Source of the DNA: Candidatus Acidiferrales bacterium
Lineage (GTDB): Bacteria; Acidobacteriota; Terriglobia; Acidiferrales; UBA7541
Direction of reading: 5' to 3'
NCBI GenBank assembly: GCA_035946455.1
Contig: DASYZK010000010.1
Span: forward strand, 6,340-70,339
Length of the DNA stretch: 64,000 nt
Position 1 is the first letter of the stretch, and every line of letters begins with the position of its first letter. Shown here one piece after another: positions 9,695 through 19,903 of the stretch. Under the pieces are notes generated by a model. It was not told the DNA's origin. It made no database searches and saw nothing but the letters and a program-made list of their open reading frames with translations. The translations under genes were made by a program, and so were the position numbers.

Positions 9695-10756
9695 TTGGCA
9701 GACCCGGTCCGACTGACCACGATGGCCAAAGCAGCCGGTTGAGCGGCGAAGCTGAGTCCCAGTTTGTTGGACTCGGTTTTGCGCCGGTTGCCGCGGCCAG
9801 TGGATCCGAATTTGCTGGTGGGTTACGAGACCAGCGACGACGCAGGGGTGTATCGATTGACCGACGAAATGGCGTTGGTGGAAACGGTCGATTTCTTCAC
9901 TCCCATCGTGGACGACCCCGACGCCTTCGGCCGGATTGCCGCAGCCAATTCCTTGAGTGACGTGTACGCCATGGGGGCCCGGCCGGTTCTCGCGCTGGCG
10001 ATCCTCGGCTTTCCACCCTCCGCCGAGCCGGGCGTGATGGAGGCGATTCTGCGGGGGGGTATCGAAAAAATGAAGCTAGCCGGCTGCACGGTGGCCGGGG
10101 GCCATTCGATTCGAGACGACGAACTGACGTTCGGCTATGCGGTGACCGGCTTGATCGATCCGCATCACATTTGGCGGAACGTCGGCGCCGAGGCGGGTGA
10201 CGTGTTGCTGCTCACGAAACCGCTGGGAACAGGCGTGGTCGCGACCGCGCTCAAAAGCGGCTCGGCGCCGGCGGAATGGGTTGCCGCCGCAGTTCAGTCG
10301 ATGACGCGACTGAACGGCGATGCCGCCGATGTGCTGCGCACCGTGGAACGCCAGGCGGCGGGCAAGCCGCCGGTTCATGCGGTTACCGACGTGACCGGGT
10401 TCGGTTTGCTGGGGCACGCGCGTGAAATGGCAGCGGGCAGCACTGTTTCGCTCGAGCTCCAGTTTCAAGCCGTCGAGTACCTGCCCGGCGCCGCCGAAGC
10501 GGCCCGCTCGGGCTACCTGGCTGGAGGACTGCAATCGAATCGGGAATTTCTGGAAGGGTGCGTCGAATTTGGGAGAACGGTTCCCGACGAATACCGCGCC
10601 CTGCTTTTCGATCCCCAGACTTCGGGCGGATTGCTCGTGGCCATCGAGGAACACGCCGCGCGACAGGCAACCGAGTTGCTCGAGCGTCGCGGGGTCGCCG
10701 CGCGCCGGATCGGGCGGGTTGTGCCGAAGCGATCTCCTCTGATTCGGGTGGAGTGA
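9695..10756 (+). CDS. selD: selenide, water dikinase SelD, selenocysteine-containing (UGA 9740-9742 read as Sec)
   Basis: The body LVGYETSDDAGVYRL...VDFFTPIVDDP...SDVYAMGARP...GGHSI is SelD. The same frame upstream reads (TTG 9695)ADPVRLTTMAKAAG-UGA-AAKLSPSLL, matching the E. coli GAGCGCKISP loop. AAGGAG at 9683-9688. An alternative start is the ATG at 9722. Confidence 0.85.
9750..9778 (+). other. SECIS-like hairpin downstream of the selD UGA
   Basis: AGCTGAGTCC / GGACTCGGTT form 10 bp (2 G-U) with the 9-nt loop CAGTTTGTT. The stem starts 7 nt after the UGA. Paired by hand, not energy-evaluated. Confidence 0.5.
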
Positions 10757-11011
10757 AGTCCCGGTCCGGCCGCACGAACGCCCCGGCCGCGGGGATGGGG
10801 CCAAATACCCGAGAGACCCCGCAGGGTGAACCCTGACTCCGGACGTGCCTCGGGACCGTCGGCGGGATGCGAGAATATCCGCCGCAATCCAGCCGGCGCC
10901 GTCGCGGTCAACACCTGCCGATCGGGGAGCGTTCGGTCCCCGCACCGGATTTCCGGGGACGGCGCTCTGGCCGCCCGCAAACCGCGAATTGAGGCACGGA
11001 ATCAACTTCTG

Positions 11012-12157
11012 ATGGATACCATCACTCACGGTATCGCCGGCGCGCTGATCGGAAAAGGAATCTTCGCCGAACGCTGGGGCACGCCAGCCTTGTTTGCGGC
11101 GACGCTGGGTTCGGTGTTTCCCGATTGCGACGTGGCTGGCGAAATCATCTCGCGCGATCCCATGAGTTTGCTGAAGTACCACCGCGGCATCACTCATTCC
11201 TTCGTGGCAATGCCGGTATTCGCCGCGGGCCTTGGGGCCCTCACCTGGTGGCTGGCGCGACGCCGCGGCATCCGGACCTCGCCGGGCATGCTGATGGTGG
11301 CGGCCGGAGTCGGGCTCGCCAGCCACATCCTGCTGGACGGTTTGACGTCGTTCGGCACGCGAATGTGGGAACCGATCTCCTACGCGCGGGTCTCCTGGGA
11401 CTGGCTTTTCATCATCGATCCCATGCTGACGGCGCTGGTGCTGGTGCCGCAACTTGGCGCTTGGGCAAATCGCGATCGCGCCCGGGCGCCTTGGCGGGCG
11501 CTGGCGATGTGGGCCTTATGCACGGTGCTGGCGGTGCTTACCTGGGGCGCGGAATGGGCGGCCGGCGCAGGAATCAGTTTCGCGATGGTTCCGGTGGCTG
11601 CAATCGTTTTCTCAGGAGTTTTTTTCCTTCCTCTCGTTGCGTGGGAGTGGTTTGCCTGGTCGCGGCGAGATTGGTGCCTGGCGGGACTCGTGTTGACGGT
11701 CCTCTACGTCGGCTGGTGCGGGGTGGCGCATCAGCGCGCCCTCGGGGCGGTTCGCCAATTCGCGCGCAACCAGCCGTTACCCGTTGAAGACCTGGCTGCG
11801 GTTCCCCTGCCGCCGTCCCCCTGGGCGTGGAGCGGGCTGGTACGAACCCCGCAAGGCATCTACGGGGCCCAGTTCTTTCTCGGGGAGGCAGATGCGCCCG
11901 ATTTTCATTTTCTGCACAACGCCCCTTCGAACACCTACATCGAGGAGGCCTTCCGCCTGCGGCGAGTGGAGACCTATCTGGGATTCGCGCGGTTTCCGCT
12001 GGTGCGGTTCCACCGCCTGGGCGACATGAACATCGTCGAGTTTTCCGACATCCGGTTCGTCGAATATGCCCGCCGCCGCAACCAGCATCCCTTCACTTTC
12101 CAGGTGGTGTTCTCGGCGGACGGGCGAGTGCTGCGGGAAGGCTGGCTGATGCGGTAA
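11012..12157 (+). CDS. membrane-bound metal-dependent hydrolase (YdjM/DUF457-like)
   Basis: The internal ATG gives MDTITHGIAGALIGKGIF, the typical family N-terminus. Multiple TM helices follow. The upstream part of track ORF 10826.. looks non-coding. Confidence 0.65.
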   Translation: MDTITHGIAGALIGKGIFAERWGTPALFAATLGSVFPDCDVAGEIISRDPMSLLKYHRGITHSFVAMPVFAAGLGALTWWLARRRGIRTSPGMLMVAAGVGLASHILLDGLTSFGTRMWEPISYARVSWDWLFIIDPMLTALVLVPQLGAWANRDRARAPWRALAMWALCTVLAVLTWGAEWAAGAGISFAMVPVAAIVFSGVFFLPLVAWEWFAWSRRDWCLAGLVLTVLYVGWCGVAHQRALGAVRQFARNQPLPVEDLAAVPLPPSPWAWSGLVRTPQGIYGAQFFLGEADAPDFHFLHNAPSNTYIEEAFRLRRVETYLGFARFPLVRFHRLGDMNIVEFSDIRFVEYARRRNQHPFTFQVVFSADGRVLREGWLMR

Positions 12158-12271
12158 AGCCCCTCCTCGGCAGGCGGCCGGTTCGGGGCCACCGGCGACT
12201 GGCGAATCGTCCTTCCCCGCGGAACGCGTCGAGCACGCGGGGCCGTCAGCCGAGCCGGAGCGAAGTGAGCC

Positions 12272-12877
12272 ATGAGAATCCTCATCTTCAGCGATATTCA
12301 CGGCGACAAGCGAGCGCTCGAGAGCCTGCTGGCGCAGCCGGCGGACGTCTATATCGCCGCCGGCGACCTGTCGGTTTTCGGTCGCGGGCTGGACCGCTCC
12401 GGCGAACTGCTTCGACCCTTGGGCCAGCGGGTGTGGGTGCTTCCGGGGAACCACGAAACCGAGCTGGAAAACCAGGCCTTCTGCAGCCGCTATGGCCTGA
12501 TCGATTTCCACCGCCAGGTGCGCACGCTCGGGGGGACGCGCTGGGCCGGGTTGGGCTACAGCAATCCCACACCCTTCGATACGTCGGGGGAGTATTCCGA
12601 AGACGAAATCGCCGAAGCCCTCGCCGGCTTCGACGGCCTGGCCGGGCTCCACCTGGTAGTCCACTTTCCCCCCTGGGGCACGTGCCTCGATGAAGTCGCG
12701 CCCGGCCGCCACGCCGGCAGCCGCGTCCTGCGCCAATGGGTGGAACGCACCCAGCCCCGGTATCTCTTCTGCGGCCACATCCACGAGTGCGCCGGTAAAA
12801 CCGACACCATCGGCTCCACCGCTTGCATCAACGTCGGCAAGGCCGGCCACCTGCTGGAACTCACCGATTCGATTTAG
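12272..12877 (+). CDS. metallophosphoesterase
   Basis: Motifs MRILIFSDIHGD, AGDL, LPGNHE and FCGHIHE. Confidence 0.8.
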   Translation: MRILIFSDIHGDKRALESLLAQPADVYIAAGDLSVFGRGLDRSGELLRPLGQRVWVLPGNHETELENQAFCSRYGLIDFHRQVRTLGGTRWAGLGYSNPTPFDTSGEYSEDEIAEALAGFDGLAGLHLVVHFPPWGTCLDEVAPGRHAGSRVLRQWVERTQPRYLFCGHIHECAGKTDTIGSTACINVGKAGHLLELTDSI

Positions 12878-13036
12878 CGGCTTGCCGCGTTGTAGCGGCA
12901 GTTGCCCGGTTCCTTTCCCGGTGCGAAAAGTTTTCGTGGAACCCTTGATTCCCCATCGCTCGCGTCGGCTTGACGGGCTGTGGCACAGACAACACACATG
13001 CAAGATGCCTGTGCCACCGTCAGCACGGAGCAGGAC

Positions 13037-13651
13037 TCAGCGCAAAGAGGGCCGCTCGACGGACTTCAAGGCGTCGAGGAATTCGCTGGCGGAGACGACC
13101 GCAGCCTGGCGGGGGAACACCTTGTCGATGAGGCAGGCGTGGACTTCGGGATTGAGGTCGGCGCAACAGTCCTTAATAACGACCAGGCGGTAGTCTTCGT
13201 CGGCGGCGTGCAGAAGGGTGGACAGCACGACGCCACTGGTCGCGATGCCGAACAGCACCAGGGTATCGATATTCTTGGCCCGGAGAATCATCTCGAGGTC
13301 GGTGCCGGTGAAGGCGTTCACCCGGTGCTTGGTGACGACGATGTCCTCCCCTTCAGGCGCGACGGCGGCGTGGATGGCTCCGGCCGCGCCCTCGAAGGTG
13401 TGTTTTGTGGCCCAATAGGTCTTCAGGGCGCTGAGCAGGGCGTTGCGCGGGCTGATCTCGGGAAAGTTGGAACGGAACGCGACTTGGACGTGGATGACAA
13501 CCATTCCGAGGTTTCGCGCCCGGCCGAGCACGCTTCGAGCGCGCACCAGCAAACCTTCCTGCTCCTTGGCATAAATGGATACGAGGGCCGTCTGATAGTC
13601 CATGCTGAGGACGGCGGTGCAGGCGGGATCAAACGAGAGCTGCGCAGGCAT
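13037..13651 (-). CDS. isochorismatase-family hydrolase
   Basis: VLSMDYQ...VTKHRVNAFTGTDLEMILRAKNIDTLVLFGIATSGVVLSTLLHAADEDYRLVVIKDCCAD. The usual nucleophile Cys position reads Gly (TSGVV). From memory, this is what true isochorismatases show rather than amidases. Confidence 0.8.
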   Translation of the reverse strand: MPAQLSFDPACTAVLSMDYQTALVSIYAKEQEGLLVRARSVLGRARNLGMVVIHVQVAFRSNFPEISPRNALLSALKTYWATKHTFEGAAGAIHAAVAPEGEDIVVTKHRVNAFTGTDLEMILRAKNIDTLVLFGIATSGVVLSTLLHAADEDYRLVVIKDCCADLNPEVHACLIDKVFPRQAAVVSASEFLDALKSVERPSLR

Positions 13652-13691
13652 CGTTCGCTCCAGCGGCGGGCCGATACCAACCGATACAAGC

Positions 13692-15215
13692 CTAGGTTAC
13701 GGCGGTCTTCGCCGAGGCAGGTGCGGGATCAGGCGGCGGTTCGGAGCTGGGGGGCGAACCGCTGCGTCCGCGGCGGCGGGGATCGATGCCCAGACGCTTG
13801 ATCTTCTGGTTCAAGGTGGACAGCGGAATCCGGAATCGCTCGGCCGCCTCGGTTTGGTTGCCCGAAGTGCGATCGAGCATATCGACGATCAGCCGGCGTT
13901 CCACCTCCTCCAGTATTCCGAACAAACCGGCAGCGGAAGCGCGGCCGCCTTGCCCGGCCCTGCTCGCCGGCGCGCCTCCATCCCCGGAGGGTTCGCGGGC
14001 GAACGAGCTGACGGGCAATCGCAGGCCTTCGATAATCTCGCGGGTGAGCACGCTTTCGGGCAGAAGATCGGGCCCCAGCGTCTCCCCGCTCGACAATACC
14101 ACCGCCCGCTCCACCACGTTTTCCAATTCGCGCACGTTCCCCGGCCAGTCGTAATCGACCAGCAGCCGCATGGCCGCGGGACTGAAGCGGCGAAGCGGTT
14201 TCCGGTTCTCCTGGCTGTAGCGTTCGAGAAAGTGCTCGACCAGCAGGGGAACGTCCTCGATGCGCTCCCGCAAAGCCGGCAGCCGGAGCGCGATGACGTT
14301 CAGGCGGTGATAGAGGTCTTCGCGGAAACCGCCTTCGTGCACCATCGCCGCCAGGTCGGCATTGGATGCGGCCAGAATTCTCACGTCGGTCTTGATGGTT
14401 TCGGTGCCGCCCAAGCGCATGAACTCGCGTTCCTGAATCACCCGCAGCAGCTTGGCTTGCGTTTCCGGACCGATGGTGCTGATCTCGTCGAGGAAAAGCG
14501 TTCCTTGGTCGGCCACTTCGAACAGGCCCTTTTTCGGCGCCACCGCTCCGGTGAACGCCCCGCGCACGTGCCCGAAGAGCAGCGACTCGAGCAGATCGAC
14601 GGGCATCGAGCCGGTATTGATGGGAACAAACGGGCGCTCGGCGCGGGGGGAAGCGGCATGGATGGCCTTGGCGATGAGTTCCTTGCCGGTGCCGCTTTCG
14701 CCGTAAATGAGCACGGTGGAGCGAGAGCCGGCCACCTGCCGCACCAGGTCGAGTAAGGCAAGCATCTTCTCGCTCTTGCCGACGATGTTGGGGAAGTTGT
14801 ACCGCTGTTTGAACGCCCGCTTGAGCTGAACGTTTTCCTCGCGCAGGCGCCGGCTCTCGATAGCTTGCGCGATTTGGGCCAGTAGTTCGTCGTTGGACCA
14901 GGGTTTGGTGATGTAATCCTGGGCGCCGTTCTTGAAGGCTTCGCGCGCCATATCGATCGAGCCGAAAGCGGTGATCAGGATGATGGGAAGCGAGGGATCG
15001 CGCCCGCGGATTTCCTTGAGCAGGTCGATGCCGCTCCGGTCGGGCAGGCTCACGTCGAGAAGCAACAGATCGAAGGGATGCTCCCCCAGGCGCGCCAGCG
15101 CCGATTCCACCGAATCGGCCAAGCCCACGTCGTAGCCTTCGGAGGCGAGCAACAGCTCCAGGCTCTCCCGAATTTCCGATTCGTCATCGACGACCAGGAT
15201 CGCCGGCTTAGGCAT
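13692..15215 (-). CDS. sigma54-dependent response regulator (NtrC family)
   Basis: REC domain ILVVDDE...LLLDVSLPDRSG. AAA+ domain YGESGTGKE with GAFTGA. C-terminal Fis-type HTH GNQTEAAERFRIPLSTLNQKIKRLGI. Confidence 0.92.
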   Translation of the reverse strand: MPKPAILVVDDESEIRESLELLLASEGYDVGLADSVESALARLGEHPFDLLLLDVSLPDRSGIDLLKEIRGRDPSLPIILITAFGSIDMAREAFKNGAQDYITKPWSNDELLAQIAQAIESRRLREENVQLKRAFKQRYNFPNIVGKSEKMLALLDLVRQVAGSRSTVLIYGESGTGKELIAKAIHAASPRAERPFVPINTGSMPVDLLESLLFGHVRGAFTGAVAPKKGLFEVADQGTLFLDEISTIGPETQAKLLRVIQEREFMRLGGTETIKTDVRILAASNADLAAMVHEGGFREDLYHRLNVIALRLPALRERIEDVPLLVEHFLERYSQENRKPLRRFSPAAMRLLVDYDWPGNVRELENVVERAVVLSSGETLGPDLLPESVLTREIIEGLRLPVSSFAREPSGDGGAPASRAGQGGRASAAGLFGILEEVERRLIVDMLDRTSGNQTEAAERFRIPLSTLNQKIKRLGIDPRRRGRSGSPPSSEPPPDPAPASAKTAVT

Positions 15216-18138
15216 GGACCTCTGTCGGGGCGGTGCGCGCCGAGGGGAATTCCAGCCGGAACGTGGTCCCGCGGCCCGGGCTGGAGAGGATTTCCACCTT
15301 GCCCGAATGTTCGCGGATGATGCCGTAACTCACCGCTAGCCCCAGCCCGGTGCCGCGGCCGGGCGCCTTGGTGGTGAAAAAGGGATCGAAAACGCGATTG
15401 AGGTGTTCGGGCCGGATTCCGGCGCCGGTATCGGAGACGTGCACTTCGACATGGCCGTTCGACCGGGCGGTCAAAATCTCCAGCCGGCCTCCGGAAGGCA
15501 TGGCATCCCGCGCGTTCAGGAACAAATTGAGAAACACCTGCTGGAGCCGGTTGGCGTTGCCGACAATCGCCGGCAGGTCGCCCGCCAGTCGCAAGTCGAC
15601 ACCGACCCGGGCCGATTCCAGCGGATGGCGCAACAGCGCCAGGGTGTCGTGGACGACCGCGTTCAAATCCACTTCGGAGAATTCGGCGCTGCCGGTGCGC
15701 GAGAAATTCAGCAGGTTGGTGGCGATCTCGCTGGCGCGGAAGGTTTGCTTCACGATCTTGTCGAGCAGCACCTGCCGGGGATCGTCGGGGTCGAACTGGC
15801 GGGCCAGCATTTGCACGTAGTTGGAAATCACCGCCAGCGGCGTATTCACTTCATGGGCCACGCCGGCGGCCAGCAAGCCGAGCGAGCTGAGCTTCTCGCT
15901 TTGACGGATTTGCTCCTCCAGGCGGATGCGGGCAGTGATGTCGTCGATCAGGATCAACTGGCCCAGACGCCCGCCCGTCTTGTCCACCAAGGGTGCGACG
16001 GCGACGTTCACCACGATTTCGCCGGCGGAGGTCTGCAGCGGGAACTTGTAAATCCCGGAAACGCCCCGGTCGGCTTCCGGCTGCGCCGCTCCGCCGGGCC
16101 CGGCTTCTTCGCCCGATCGCAGCCCGCGAGCGGGATCCGCGCAAGCCTCCAATTCCCCCACCAGCTCGGCGGGCAGCACCCAGCCGAGCGGCCGGCCCAG
16201 GGCCTCGGCGCGGGTGACGCCGATGCGTTGCTCGAGGAAGGCGTTCCACGATTCGATCCGGCCGTCCAGATCGGCAGTGAGCACGCCGATGCTGAGCGAT
16301 TCGACGATATTTTCGCTGAAATCTTTCAGCCGCTCGATCTGCGCCGCTTTCTGCTCCAGTGAGTGATAAAGGTGGGAGTTTTCAATGGCAATGGCGACGT
16401 AGCCGGCCATCGTGAACAACAGGTCGAGATCGTCGGTGGACAAGTAATCGCCGTCAACCGTCTTGCCCAGCCCTAGCACCGCCACCGTGCGCCGCTGCAC
16501 CCGGCAGGGAAGGAAATAATTCAGCCCCAACTGGCCCAGCGTGCGCCGCGCCTCGGGGCTGGCCTCGGGAGCATCCGCCGACTCGAAAAAGAGATAGCGG
16601 CGGTTGCCGGAAAGCGTGCCCAGGAAACTGAGATCAAGCGGCCCGTCCCAGCCGATCCCGATCGAGCGCGCCAGCCGCAGCCGGCAGGGTTCGGCGGCGT
16701 CTTCGACGAAAATGGCGGCTCGGTCGACAAGCAGCGCCTGGGAAATGCGATCGAGGACCGAAGCCAGCATCGGCTCGAGCCGCACTCCGGTCGACAGCGT
16801 CCGGCCGAATTCGACGAGCGCGCGCCGATAATCGAGACGATTGCGGTAGAAGAACCGGTCCAGACGCTCCTGCACCCAGTCCCGCAGCGGCTCGAACAGG
16901 AACGCGGCAGCGACGATGGCCAGCACCACCCCGGCGGGACCGGTGGTCCAGGCGGCGTGGAACAACACGCCGATGGCGGCGACCAGGGCGAAATAGACGC
17001 CAACAACAGCGGCGGTGGCGGCGGTATAGGCCAAGCCGCGCTGGAACATGATATCGACGTCCATCAAGCGGTAACGAATGATGGCGTAACCGAAACCCAC
17101 GGGGAGAAGCGCCAGCGACAGCACCGACAGGCTCATCCAGCGGTACGGCCCCGCGCCGAGCAGATAGGGCACCACGTAAAACAGCAGGAACGGTGTGATT
17201 CCGGCGATCACGCCGGCTGTCGCCAGCTTCAGTTGCTGCCGCACCAGCCCGGCGGGAGCGCGGCGGTAACTGCGGAAAAAGAGCGCCGCAGCCGCGAGGA
17301 AGAAGATACCGAGGTAGAGCAGTTCGACCCGGTCGAGCATCACCCGTGCGCCAAGCCATGGCGCGAAGCCGAGCCTGCCGGTCGCCACCAGCACGTGCAA
17401 GCCGAGGAGCGCGGCGGGGACCAGGTAGACGGCAACGATTGCCGCCCACCGGCGCTCGAGCCGCTGGGGGAAAGCGAGGGCGAAATGGACCAGCAGGGCC
17501 GGCTGGAGCAGCAACGCGACCACGTTTGCCCAGTACACTTCGCGGTCAAACGCCGACAGCTTGCCCGAATAGTGGAAGCTGTAGAGGACGAATGACACCA
17601 GGCAGAACACGTAAAACTGCACTGCCCGCGGCGCATTCCACCGCCGTACAAAAATGAACAGTCCGATCAACAGGTAGGCCAGCCCCACCAGCCGCAAGTA
17701 ATTCTCCGCCGCCAGCGGCTTCGGCGCCGGCTCGGTCACCAACCGCACCTGAATTGGTTCCCCCTGCCGCATCACGCCGTACTGCACTTCGGTCCAGACC
17801 CCCGCGCGCATCAGCGCGCGGGTGGCCTCGGTGGAGCGGGCGATAGGAACTCCATCGATTGCCACCAGCTTGTCGCCGGGTTCGATCCCGGCGGCGGCCG
17901 CCGCCGAGCGGGGAGCGACTTGGCGAGCCACCACGCCGGCGGAGGAGTCCCACCAAACCACCCCGTCGTCGGGGAGATTGAAACGGGATCGCTGCTGGAA
18001 ATTGAGGATGGCGAAAACAATCGCTGCAACGGTAATCAGGGTGAGGGTGACGGCGCGCAAGCGCACCGTGAGCGACGGGCGGGAGGCCGCGATCTTGGCA
18101 ACGCCGAACCAATGTGCCCGTTCCCGCATGGCCGTCAA
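15208..18138 (-). CDS. polytopic sensor histidine kinase with N-terminal PDZ domain, GAF, PAS, HisKA and HATPase
   Basis: PDZ-like VVARQVAPRSAAAAAGIEPGDKLVAIDGVPI...VQYGVMRQGEPIQVRLV follows TM1. About 9 more hydrophobic helices come next. H-box GVAHEVNTPLAVI. N/G boxes NLFLNARDAM and DTGAGI...GTGLGLAVS. Its stop overlaps the RR start by 8 nt. Confidence 0.9.
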   Translation of the reverse strand: MTAMRERAHWFGVAKIAASRPSLTVRLRAVTLTLITVAAIVFAILNFQQRSRFNLPDDGVVWWDSSAGVVARQVAPRSAAAAAGIEPGDKLVAIDGVPIARSTEATRALMRAGVWTEVQYGVMRQGEPIQVRLVTEPAPKPLAAENYLRLVGLAYLLIGLFIFVRRWNAPRAVQFYVFCLVSFVLYSFHYSGKLSAFDREVYWANVVALLLQPALLVHFALAFPQRLERRWAAIVAVYLVPAALLGLHVLVATGRLGFAPWLGARVMLDRVELLYLGIFFLAAAALFFRSYRRAPAGLVRQQLKLATAGVIAGITPFLLFYVVPYLLGAGPYRWMSLSVLSLALLPVGFGYAIIRYRLMDVDIMFQRGLAYTAATAAVVGVYFALVAAIGVLFHAAWTTGPAGVVLAIVAAAFLFEPLRDWVQERLDRFFYRNRLDYRRALVEFGRTLSTGVRLEPMLASVLDRISQALLVDRAAIFVEDAAEPCRLRLARSIGIGWDGPLDLSFLGTLSGNRRYLFFESADAPEASPEARRTLGQLGLNYFLPCRVQRRTVAVLGLGKTVDGDYLSTDDLDLLFTMAGYVAIAIENSHLYHSLEQKAAQIERLKDFSENIVESLSIGVLTADLDGRIESWNAFLEQRIGVTRAEALGRPLGWVLPAELVGELEACADPARGLRSGEEAGPGGAAQPEADRGVSGIYKFPLQTSAGEIVVNVAVAPLVDKTGGRLGQLILIDDITARIRLEEQIRQSEKLSSLGLLAAGVAHEVNTPLAVISNYVQMLARQFDPDDPRQVLLDKIVKQTFRASEIATNLLNFSRTGSAEFSEVDLNAVVHDTLALLRHPLESARVGVDLRLAGDLPAIVGNANRLQQVFLNLFLNARDAMPSGGRLEILTARSNGHVEVHVSDTGAGIRPEHLNRVFDPFFTTKAPGRGTGLGLAVSYGIIREHSGKVEILSSPGRGTTFRLEFPSARTAPTEVHA

Positions 18139-18228
18139 CCCCAGCGCTCCCCGGTCGCAGCCGGCGACGCGATGGGGACCGCGTTCGAGGAATGGGGAAG
18201 CGTGCGCATGGCGCCCCGGCCTCTGCCG

Positions 18229-19893
18229 TCAGAACTGAACGGCAAATCCTCCGCGGAAGGCGCGAGCGGCGGGTATCAAAACCGCACGCCCGTCGCCGGT
18301 TTCCAGGCGGACGTAACCCTGTCCCAGCAAATTGCGAAGATCGACAACCGCGACGATACGCGGGCAGTGAATGCCGGGCAGCGGCTGTCGAATGCTTGCG
18401 TTCAGGTACGGCTCGACCCCATAGAGCGAGCCGCCAAAGGGGTCGGGGCGGGTGAGGATGGGCCCGTCGATCCACTGGTAGCCGGCGGAGAGTTCCGTGC
18501 CCCAGCTCTCGATACGACCGGAAACGCGGCCGCCGACTGACGGGGCGCCGCGGGGGGCCAGCAACCGGCGGAGCGAGGCGGTGGAATCGCCCGAGCCGGC
18601 AGCGAGGCCGCGAGACCAACTGGTGAATACCGCCGCCTGCCAGTGGTTGGCGAATTTCTGCTTGTAGCCCAGCCGTGCGCCCCATTGCTTGAGGGAGCCA
18701 CCGTCGTACACAAAGGCGTCGGAGAAAGAATCCGATTCGGAGTTGGGACTGGAGATGGAGCCGCGGCCGTAGATGGCGGTGTCGGCGGAACTATCGCGGA
18801 AAACCGCAGCCGAGAGGGTGGCGCCGGGACTGAACGCGCGATCCAGAGCGATTTCCTCGTGCCAGGATTGAGCCAGTTCCAGCCGGCCGTTGCTCCGGAG
18901 CGGAGTGGGGAAACTATCGAGTGGATTGAGCGGGCCGTCGCTGACCACGGCGTCCTCCGGGCTCGAGGCCAGCAGGAACGATGCCACCCATCCCGGCTGT
19001 ATATCGACGCGGAGCCGCGCCTCGGGCCGCGCGCCAGAGGCGGTACCATGAAGCGAAGCCAGATCGTAGCGCGCGCCGTATTGCAGCTGAACTCCCTGGC
19101 CCAGTTGGAGCCGCTCGGTGTGTTCCAGGGCCATGCCGTGGAACCAGGGCCCGTACTCGCCCATTTGCGACTGCCGGAAGACCACCGTCGTGGCTTGCGC
19201 CGGCTCGCCGGTCTCGTCCATTTGCGGAATCCAGGTAGCGGCGAAGTTGGCGGTAGCGGAATACTGATAGCCGACGCGGCCGGCCAGCAGCAAATGGCTG
19301 GTTCCGTCGAATCCCTGGTCGTACAGGAACGCCGTCGAACCGAGCGTATCGGGATCGACCGGAGACCAGGAAGCCAGCGAGCCGGCCGCCAGTTCCGCCC
19401 GGCCGTGGGCGCGTCGTGCCGGGGCGGGGTCGTCCGTCACCACGCGGCCGCCGGAGAAGCGGAGCACCGGACGGGTGAGCGTGGCGGAGCGCAGCACCCA
19501 GTTCCATTCGTCGGGATCCTGGCCGTGGTGCGGCCCGTGGCGCAACTCCTCGACCGAAGAAAACACCGAGCCCAGCTCGATGCGCAGCAAGGTCATCTGG
19601 CCGGGGGTGACGTGGATCTGCGGTTCGAAGGCAGGCAGGAAACCCGTCAGGCGCACCCGAACCGAATACAGGCCCGGCAGCAGGGAGCGGGACGAGAAAA
19701 TCCCCTGGGTGTTGGTAAACAGGCGCAGCGGGCTGCCTGGCCGGCCTTCCGGGGTAACGACGACCAGCGCGCCCAATTGGGGCGTGCCTTGCGCGACAAC
19801 CATCCCCCCCAGGCGGCCGCCCGCGGCGGCGCGCGCCGCCGGCACCAATCCTACCGTCAGCAGACCGCCCAGCAGTAGTGCCCGAAGGCGCAT
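18229..19893 (-). CDS. outer-membrane beta-barrel protein with carboxypeptidase-regulatory-like N-domain
   Basis: Signal peptide MRLRALLLGGLLTVGLVPAARA. Cna/CarboxypepD_reg-like GALVVVTPEG...TNTQGIFSSRSLLPGLYSVRVRLTGF. Alternating beta pattern and a terminal Phe (GFAVQF). Confidence 0.6.
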   Translation of the reverse strand: MRLRALLLGGLLTVGLVPAARAAAGGRLGGMVVAQGTPQLGALVVVTPEGRPGSPLRLFTNTQGIFSSRSLLPGLYSVRVRLTGFLPAFEPQIHVTPGQMTLLRIELGSVFSSVEELRHGPHHGQDPDEWNWVLRSATLTRPVLRFSGGRVVTDDPAPARRAHGRAELAAGSLASWSPVDPDTLGSTAFLYDQGFDGTSHLLLAGRVGYQYSATANFAATWIPQMDETGEPAQATTVVFRQSQMGEYGPWFHGMALEHTERLQLGQGVQLQYGARYDLASLHGTASGARPEARLRVDIQPGWVASFLLASSPEDAVVSDGPLNPLDSFPTPLRSNGRLELAQSWHEEIALDRAFSPGATLSAAVFRDSSADTAIYGRGSISSPNSESDSFSDAFVYDGGSLKQWGARLGYKQKFANHWQAAVFTSWSRGLAAGSGDSTASLRRLLAPRGAPSVGGRVSGRIESWGTELSAGYQWIDGPILTRPDPFGGSLYGVEPYLNASIRQPLPGIHCPRIVAVVDLRNLLGQGYVRLETGDGRAVLIPAARAFRGGFAVQF

Positions 19894-19903
19894 CGGAGCC
19901 GCT

